The notes beneath the pieces are model-generated. The model had not been told where the DNA came from and did not search any database. It saw nothing but the letters and a program-made list of their open reading frames with translations. 64,000 nt of DNA from Paracoccaceae bacterium (lineage in GTDB: Bacteria > Pseudomonadota > Alphaproteobacteria > Rhodobacterales > Rhodobacteraceae): the NCBI GenBank assembly GCA_014872815.1, contig WKFK01000008.1:52534-116533 (forward strand), written 5' to 3'. Position 1 is the first letter of the stretch, and each line of letters starts with the position of its first letter. This document shows, piece after piece, positions 58,013-64,000 of the stretch. The position numbers and the translations under genes are program-made.

Positions 58013-58831
58013 ATGTCCTCACGTCGCGTGATTGTGCATATCGGTGCCCAGAAGACCGGCTCCACCTCGCTGCACCGCTTTCTGGCGCGCAACCGGGATG
58101 CTCTGGCGGAGCGGCTGGATATTCGTGTGCCATCCAAAGGCTCCCTGACTCGGGAGTTGGGGCGGACCTGCACGCTGTACAGCATGCGGCCTGCGAAACA
58201 CGAGGCGGACCTTGTCGCGCTGATAACGCAAGTGCGCGATGAACTGGAAGGCGATGATCGGGTCTGCGTCATCAGCCACGAGAACATCTGTGGTGCGATG
58301 ATGGGACGTTCGGACGTGCGGGAGGCGTTCCCGCGCCTGTCAGACATTCTGCGCTTGTTTGAGCAGCATCTGGCGCCGTTTTTGCCGGACTATGTGCTGT
58401 ACACCCGCGAGATGCAGGGCTGGAAGCGCAGCGTGCACAATCAGGCCGTGAAGTCTGATGGCTATGCGGGCACGCTGGAGGATTTCCTGACAGAAACCGC
58501 AGACAGCCGGGGCTGGGGCGCTGTTCAGGCTGAGATGGAACGACTGGTGGGTAAAGGTCGTGTGCGTGTGTTTGCGCTGGAAGACGAAACTACGCCAGAA
58601 CGTCCGGGGCGACAGCTGTTGCGTTTTGCCGGACTGACCGATGCCGAGATTAACACGTTGGAGCCGCTGGCCGGGCGATCCAATCAGAGCCTCAATCCCG
58701 GGGCCTTAGAGTTTATGCGCCAGCTCAATGAGTTGGCGCTCGCGCAGCCCGCCCGCAAGCAGGTGGCCGAGCTGATTAAGAACAATCAAACGCTTTTTGC
58801 CGATGGTCCGATGCCATCACAGAAAGCCTGA
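58013..58831 (+). CDS. Sulfotransferase-like/P-loop-fold hypothetical protein
   Basis: VIVHIGAQKTGSTSL PAPS-loop-like motif and ISHENI; RBS AGGAGG. Confidence 0.65.
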   Translation: MSSRRVIVHIGAQKTGSTSLHRFLARNRDALAERLDIRVPSKGSLTRELGRTCTLYSMRPAKHEADLVALITQVRDELEGDDRVCVISHENICGAMMGRSDVREAFPRLSDILRLFEQHLAPFLPDYVLYTREMQGWKRSVHNQAVKSDGYAGTLEDFLTETADSRGWGAVQAEMERLVGKGRVRVFALEDETTPERPGRQLLRFAGLTDAEINTLEPLAGRSNQSLNPGALEFMRQLNELALAQPARKQVAELIKNNQTLFADGPMPSQKA

Positions 58832-58884
58832 ACAGGAACGAAGGTATGCGCATTGCGCGCGCCCACGTATAGGAAGGAAAGACC

Positions 58885-59664
58885 ATGGTCGAATTTGCCC
58901 TCCCCAAAAACAGCCGGATTGTGACCGGCAAGACCTGGCCAAAGCCAGAAGGTGCGACCAACGTGCGCAAGTTCCAGATTTATCGCTGGAACCCGGACGA
59001 CGGTAAGAACCCGCAGATCGACACATATTTCCTGGATATGGACAAATGTGGCCCGATGGTGCTGGACGCGCTGATCAAGATCAAAAACGAGATTGATCCA
59101 ACGCTGACCTTCCGCCGCTCTTGCCGAGAAGGCATCTGTGGGTCCTGTGCGATGAACGTAGACGGGATCAACACGCTGGCCTGTATCTATGGTCTGGACG
59201 AGATCAAAGGCGACGTGAAAATCTACCCACTGCCGCATATGTCGGTGGTGAAAGACCTGATCCCGGATCTGACCCACTTCTATGCGCAGCACGCGTCGAT
59301 CATGCCGTGGTTGGAAACCAAGACGAACCGTCCGGCCAAAGAGTGGCGCCAGTCGATCGAAGACCGCAAAAAGCTGGATGGACTGTATGAGTGTGTGATG
59401 TGTGCATCTTGCTCTACATCCTGCCCAAGCTACTGGTGGAACGGCGACAAATACCTCGGCCCAGCCGCTTTGCTTCACGCATACCGCTGGATCATTGACA
59501 GCCGTGATGAAGCCACTGGCGAGCGTTTGGACGAGCTGGAAGATCCGTTCAAGCTGTACCGCTGCCATACCATCATGAACTGTGCCAAGACCTGCCCCAA
59601 AGGTTTGAACCCGGCAAAGGCGATTGGTGAGATCAAGAAGATGCTGATCGAACGTCACGTCTAA
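58885..59664 (+). CDS. sdhB: Succinate dehydrogenase iron-sulfur subunit
   Basis: [21 protein letters not shown] and [12 protein letters not shown] clusters. Confidence 0.98.
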   Translation: MVEFALPKNSRIVTGKTWPKPEGATNVRKFQIYRWNPDDGKNPQIDTYFLDMDKCGPMVLDALIKIKNEIDPTLTFRRSCREGICGSCAMNVDGINTLACIYGLDEIKGDVKIYPLPHMSVVKDLIPDLTHFYAQHASIMPWLETKTNRPAKEWRQSIEDRKKLDGLYECVMCASCSTSCPSYWWNGDKYLGPAALLHAYRWIIDSRDEATGERLDELEDPFKLYRCHTIMNCAKTCPKGLNPAKAIGEIKKMLIERHV

Positions 59665-59685
59665 AGCGACGTTTCAGAGATTTTG

Positions 59686-59718
59686 AAAGCCCGTCTGTTT
59701 CAGGCGGGCTTTTGTTTT
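59686..59718 (+). terminator. Terminator after sdhB
   Basis: AAAGCCCGTCTG/CAGGCGGGCTTT stem plus T-rich tail. Confidence 0.85.
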
Positions 59719-59852
59719 GGGCAAAAATGTATCCCTCCGCATACATTTGCAATTTTTGCATAACGTGGTTGCAGGATCGGTGGTTTACGGGCGCGTAATC
59801 CAACTTAAATTGACGGGCGAGGGAGGACACCGGATTTACATGGAGTACCCCA

Positions 59853-60005
59853 ATGTCCGCGTCGAAAAACGAGAGCCCTGAAGATTTTGCCGTCCGCGCG
59901 CAGGAAGTTCTGGATCAGGCCTATGGCTACTACACCCAGCCGCCGCGCGTCGCAGAGGTGAAACCGTCTAGCGAAACCTACTATGAGTATGTGAAGGCTG
60001 CCTAA
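59853..60005 (+). CDS. Small Tyr-rich hypothetical protein (50 aa; absent from the ORF track)
   Basis: Hand-translated MSASKNESPEDFAVRAQEVLDQAYGYYTQPPRVAEVKPSSETYYEYVKAA; RBS GGAG; own terminator. Confidence 0.65.
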   Translation: MSASKNESPEDFAVRAQEVLDQAYGYYTQPPRVAEVKPSSETYYEYVKAA

Positions 60006-60027
60006 GTCCCATGTGCTTGAGATGAGG

Positions 60028-60056
60028 AGCGCTCCGAGTTTTCGGGGCGCTTTTTG
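60028..60056 (+). terminator. Rho-independent terminator
   Basis: AGCGCTCCGA/TCGGGGCGCT stem plus T-run. Confidence 0.8.
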
Positions 60057-60142
60057 TTTGCTGTAAGGCGCTGACGTTAGGTCTGGCTTGTTGCTGTGGG
60101 GTGGCTGCGGCTAGCCTTTCCTGAAACAGGGGAGGATGAGCC

Positions 60143-61783
60143 ATGAGCGATGTGATCATCGTGGGCGGCGGCTTGGCAGGGCTTGTGGCGGCCAATGAGG
60201 CGGCCAGCCGGGGGCGCAAGGTGCTGCTGCTGGATCAGGAAGGTGAACAGAGCCTAGGAGGTCAGGCGTTCTGGTCATTGGGCGGGTTGTTCATGGTGGA
60301 TACGCCCGAGCAACGTCGTATGGGCATCAAGGACAGCGCGGATTTGGCGCTTAAAGATTGGATGGGCTCGGCGCAGTTTGATCGGCCTGAAGATGCCAAT
60401 CCGCGGAAGGTGGCGGAAGCCTATCTGGAATTTGCATCAGGCGAGATGCGTAGCTGGCTGCAAAGCATCGGCATGCGCTGGTTCCCTATTGTGGGATGGG
60501 CGGAGCGCGGCGGTGAGATGGCGCATGGGCATGGCAATTCCGTACCACGGTTTCACATCACCTGGGGCACAGGGCCGGGCGTGGTTGCGCCATTTGAGCG
60601 GTTGGTTCGGGAACATGCTTCTGGCGGCCGAGTTGAAATGGCGTTCCGGCGCAAAGTCACTGATTTGATTGTGGAAAATGGCGTCGTGAAAGGCGTGCGC
60701 GGACACATTCTTTCCGAGGATGGTGCCGTGCGCGGGAAGTCGACCTCTCGCGAGGTTGTTGGAGACTTTGACCATCGCGCAGAGGCGGTGGTCATCACAT
60801 CTGGCGGGATTGGTGGGGACCATGACATGGTGCGACGCTATTGGCCGGAAGAGCGGCTGGGAAGGGCGCCGAAACGCATGGTGGCCGGGGTGCCGGATTA
60901 CGTGGATGGGCAGATGCAGCGGGTGGCCGAAGGGGCCGGTGCTGGCATCATCAATGGTGATCGCATGTGGCATTACACTGAAGGATTGGCGAACTGGGAC
61001 CCGATCTGGCCCAACCATGGCATTCGCATTTTGCCGGGGCCAAGTTCGATGTGGTTTGACGCATTGGGCGACCGCATGGAGGCGCCGTATCTGCCGGGGT
61101 TTGACAGTTTAGGCACGCTTAAGCGGATACTGTCGACGGGGCATGAGCACAGCTGGTTCATCCTGACCCAGAAGATCATCGAGAAAGAGTTTGCCTTGTC
61201 CGGCTCCGAGCAGAACCCGGACCTCACCTCAGGCAAGTGGTCAGAGGTGATTAAGCGTCGCTTGATGAACAAGGGCGCACCGGGGCCGGTGGAGGCGTTT
61301 AAGGAACATGGTGAGGACTTTGTTGTGGCCAACTCGTTGGAGGAGTTGGTTGCCGGCATGAACAAGATCACGCCGGATGTGCCTGTCACCCTTGAGAAAA
61401 TCCGATCTCAGATCGAAGCGAGGGATGCGCAGATTGACAATGAGTATTGCAAGGACGCGCAGGTAACGTCCATTCGCGGGGCGCGGAACTATCGGGGAGA
61501 CCGGTTGATCCGCACGGCTAAGCCGCATCGGATTTTGGACCCGAGGAATGGTCCGTTGATTGCAGTGCGTTTGAACATCCTGACGCGGAAGTCCCTTGGC
61601 GGGTTGCATACGGATGTCACTGGGCAGGTGCTACGGCCAGATGGCAGTGCGTTTGAGGGTCTTTTTGCAGCAGGTGAGGTCGCTGGCTTTGGCGGTGGTG
61701 GGTATCACGGCTACAACGCCTTGGAAGGCACCTTCCTGGGCGGCTGTATCTTCTCCGGAAGGGCAGCGGGACGGAGCGTGTAG
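60143..61783 (+). CDS. FAD-binding dehydrogenase (fumarate reductase/KsdD-like superfamily), substrate unknown
   Basis: VGGGLAG, GGQAFWS.GG, RFHITWGTG, RKSLGGL and LEGTFLGGC motifs. Confidence 0.88.
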   Translation: MSDVIIVGGGLAGLVAANEAASRGRKVLLLDQEGEQSLGGQAFWSLGGLFMVDTPEQRRMGIKDSADLALKDWMGSAQFDRPEDANPRKVAEAYLEFASGEMRSWLQSIGMRWFPIVGWAERGGEMAHGHGNSVPRFHITWGTGPGVVAPFERLVREHASGGRVEMAFRRKVTDLIVENGVVKGVRGHILSEDGAVRGKSTSREVVGDFDHRAEAVVITSGGIGGDHDMVRRYWPEERLGRAPKRMVAGVPDYVDGQMQRVAEGAGAGIINGDRMWHYTEGLANWDPIWPNHGIRILPGPSSMWFDALGDRMEAPYLPGFDSLGTLKRILSTGHEHSWFILTQKIIEKEFALSGSEQNPDLTSGKWSEVIKRRLMNKGAPGPVEAFKEHGEDFVVANSLEELVAGMNKITPDVPVTLEKIRSQIEARDAQIDNEYCKDAQVTSIRGARNYRGDRLIRTAKPHRILDPRNGPLIAVRLNILTRKSLGGLHTDVTGQVLRPDGSAFEGLFAAGEVAGFGGGGYHGYNALEGTFLGGCIFSGRAAGRSV

Positions 61784-61841
61784 ATCGGTTTCCGATCTGT
61801 GGTATCCTTCTGACATTGTTAAAAAGTTGGGAGGATACGTT

Positions 61842-62276
61842 ATGAAAAAACTTATGGCTGCTTTGGTAATTTTTCTGAGTTCTCAGGCCTTTGCAGGGGA
61901 AACACCGTCACCTGAAGGGGCGAAAGTGTATTTCATCAACCTCAGTGATGGCGATTCCGTAGAGGCGCCGTTTGTGGTGCATTTTGGCCTGTCCGGTATG
62001 GGGGTTGCGCCTGCTGGGACGGAGAAAGAGAACACCGGCCATCACCATATTTTCATCAACCGCCCGCCGCTTGGCGAGGGGGCAGAAGATGCGGAGTTGA
62101 TGGAGAACGGTGTGCCAACAGACGACAACCACCGGCACTTTGGCGGTGGTCAGACCGAGGTGACGCTGGATTTGCCGGCCGGCACGCACACGTTGCAGCT
62201 GGTTCTGGGTGACGAATTTCACGTGCCGCACACCCCGCCTGTCGTGTCTGAGGTGATCACCATCACTGTGAAATAA
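61842..62276 (+). CDS. DUF4399-family exported protein
   Basis: Signal peptide; TGHHHI, HFGGGQTE and GTHTLQLVLGD..H. Confidence 0.85.
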   Translation: MKKLMAALVIFLSSQAFAGETPSPEGAKVYFINLSDGDSVEAPFVVHFGLSGMGVAPAGTEKENTGHHHIFINRPPLGEGAEDAELMENGVPTDDNHRHFGGGQTEVTLDLPAGTHTLQLVLGDEFHVPHTPPVVSEVITITVK

Positions 62277-62325
62277 CACGGTTTTTTGCATTGCAAGACC
62301 GTCTGGTCGGGGGCAGGATCAGGGC

Positions 62326-63186
62326 ATGACTGACATGCCTTTGCCCCCCGCCGATGCAGATGACCGCCGCGCCATAAAGCCGGTGATCTGCTACCCAAAT
62401 GAGACACTACCGAAGGCGCCTATGGCGCTTTATCAGGCGGCGCGCGCGACTGCCACAAAGGTGGATGAGGTGCTGATACCGGCGCGGGATGCGCGGTGTT
62501 TTGAGGTGCCTGCAGGGCAGTTTTTCCGGATTTCATCTGTGGAAGGACCGCAGGTTGGGGATCTGAATCTGTGGAACTCCAAAGACCTGAGTGAGCGGTT
62601 TTTCTCTGGGAAAACAAGGGCTTTGCACGGAACGCACATCACCACTGGGGAACGGATGTGGACCAGCTTCCCAACCTTGCGGCCTATGGCGACCATCGTG
62701 GAGGATACGTTGGGGTGGTACGGTATCGACGCGTATGGCGGGTCGGTGCACGACGTGATTGGCACGCGCTGTGATCCCTATACCGGCAACCTGTTGGCGG
62801 GGGATCACTATCACTATTGCTGTCACTCCAATTTGACACGGGCTTTGGCGGCGCACACGGGGATGTCGCTGCAGGAGGCTGAGCCCTATGTGCATGATGT
62901 TCTTAATGTTTTCATGTGCACCGGCTTCACGCGAGACACCGGGCAGTACTTCATGAAGGCCAGTCCGGTGCGGCCAGGGGACTATCTGGAGTTCTTTGCC
63001 GAAATTGATCTATTGGGCGCGCTGAGTGCTTGTCCGGGGGGGGATTGTTCCAGCGAGCACAGCTCGGATACAGCCGTATGTTACCCGATGCTGGTGGAGG
63101 TGTTTGCGCCGGAAAAAGGCGCATTGGGTGACTGGAAATCGCCTGCGATCAATGGCTATGACAGGAGCCATGGCGTGGCCGGTTAA
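62326..63186 (+). CDS. DUF1989/urea carboxylase-associated family protein
   Basis: GPQVGDLNLW, HDVIGTRC, CCHSNL and LSACPGGD motifs. Confidence 0.85.
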   Translation: MTDMPLPPADADDRRAIKPVICYPNETLPKAPMALYQAARATATKVDEVLIPARDARCFEVPAGQFFRISSVEGPQVGDLNLWNSKDLSERFFSGKTRALHGTHITTGERMWTSFPTLRPMATIVEDTLGWYGIDAYGGSVHDVIGTRCDPYTGNLLAGDHYHYCCHSNLTRALAAHTGMSLQEAEPYVHDVLNVFMCTGFTRDTGQYFMKASPVRPGDYLEFFAEIDLLGALSACPGGDCSSEHSSDTAVCYPMLVEVFAPEKGALGDWKSPAINGYDRSHGVAG

Positions 63187-63192
63187 CCAGTC

Positions 63193-63240
63193 AAAACCAC
63201 GTCGGTATTGCGTCGGTATTACGTCTGTATCGCGGAGGTG
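63193..63240 (-). repeat. Dispersed repeat family A, copy 4 (full length)
   Basis: AAAACC-ACGTCGGTATT-GCGTCGGTATT-ACGTCTGTATC-GCGGAGGTG. Confidence 0.9.
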
Positions 63241-63286
63241 CAGGGCTTTGGTCGCTCCCACGCGTTAACGCTTTTCGCTGAACGGA

Positions 63287-63871
63287 TCAGGCATCCAGTT
63301 CTGCGTCCCAGTAGAGGTAGTCCATCCAACTGTCGTGCAGGAAGTTGGGCGGGAATTTGCGCCCGATGTTGCGCAACTCCTCTGCACCGGGCTGGCGCGG
63401 CGGTTGGCGCAGGCTCATACGGGCCTGACGGAGGCTCTTGGAACCTTTCCTGAGATTACACGGCGAGCAGGCCGCAACCACGTTCTCCCAACTCGTGATC
63501 CCGCCTGCGGCGCGAGGGATAACGTGGTCAAAGGTGAGATCGCCACGTGCGCCGCAATACTGGCAGCTAAATCCGTCTCGCAGAAAAAGATTAAAGCGCG
63601 TGAAGGCCACGCGCTTTTGCGGTTTTACGTAGTCTTTGAGCACCACAACGGAAGGGATCCGTATTTCGGTAGATGGGCTACGGACCACATGATCATACTC
63701 CGCCACAATATCGACCCGTTCCATGTAGGCCGCTTTGACGGCGTCCTGCCAGGGCCACAGCGACAAAGGGTAGTAGGAAAGGGGGCGATAATCCGCATTG
63801 AGCACCAACGCCGGGTGTTGTTTCAACCCGCCAGGTTGTCGCGTGAATTCCGTCCTAAAGTCGCCGTCCAT
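63287..63871 (-). CDS. HNH endonuclease (McrA-like, LVLNADY.PL type)
   Basis: CQYCG, TFDHVIPR..GG...W.NVV.AC..CN..KG motifs. Confidence 0.9.
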   Translation of the reverse strand: MDGDFRTEFTRQPGGLKQHPALVLNADYRPLSYYPLSLWPWQDAVKAAYMERVDIVAEYDHVVRSPSTEIRIPSVVVLKDYVKPQKRVAFTRFNLFLRDGFSCQYCGARGDLTFDHVIPRAAGGITSWENVVAACSPCNLRKGSKSLRQARMSLRQPPRQPGAEELRNIGRKFPPNFLHDSWMDYLYWDAELDA

Positions 63872-64000
63872 AAGGGTACTCCCTCGCTGCGTTCGTGCCG
63901 CAGTGGCACGAGGCCTATAACCACTATATCTCGTGTCTCAACTCTGGCAAGCCTCACAATATGTGGGATGTGCATTTGTGATGAGGCAAATGCAGGGTTT

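Noticed and set aside
63287-63871. HNH protein as Cas9/IscB or a restriction-modification component
   Set aside because: Only 194 aa, no RuvC motifs or Arg-rich bridge helix, and no array or DNA methyltransferase nearby

Overview
64 kb of core chromosome from a Roseobacter-group alphaproteobacterium (inferred from gene content and synteny). It carries sua5, a DmdC-like acyl-CoA dehydrogenase, azlCD, fdhD-mobAB-moeA, greA, ETF-QO, ispE/ispB, phaA/phbB, argH/lysA, ftsEX-plsC, and the TCA/ethylmalonyl-CoA supercluster (mdh, sucCDAB-lpdA, mcl2, mch, sdhCDAB). I saw no rRNA, tRNA, CRISPR array, transposase, integrase or prophage. The unexplained signal is in the spacers and small accessory genes: (1) four copies of an intergenic element built from 11-bp tandem units, each within about 50 nt of a stop codon; (2) a second, hairpin-forming dispersed repeat right after sucB and sucD; (3) an orphan exported 478-aa protein with a single CxxCH haem motif; (4) lipoprotein, membrane and small-protein genes at many junctions of the TCA cluster, including two lipoproteins sharing an R-[ST]-GPQ motif and two genes inside sdhA-sdhB; (5) a ~100-nt rod-like hairpin between mcl2 and nnrU; (6) paired GTGATCAC operator boxes before sucC and sdhC. 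Start codons were refined by hand from RBS and known N-termini. Family names are recognised from memory, not from database searches.
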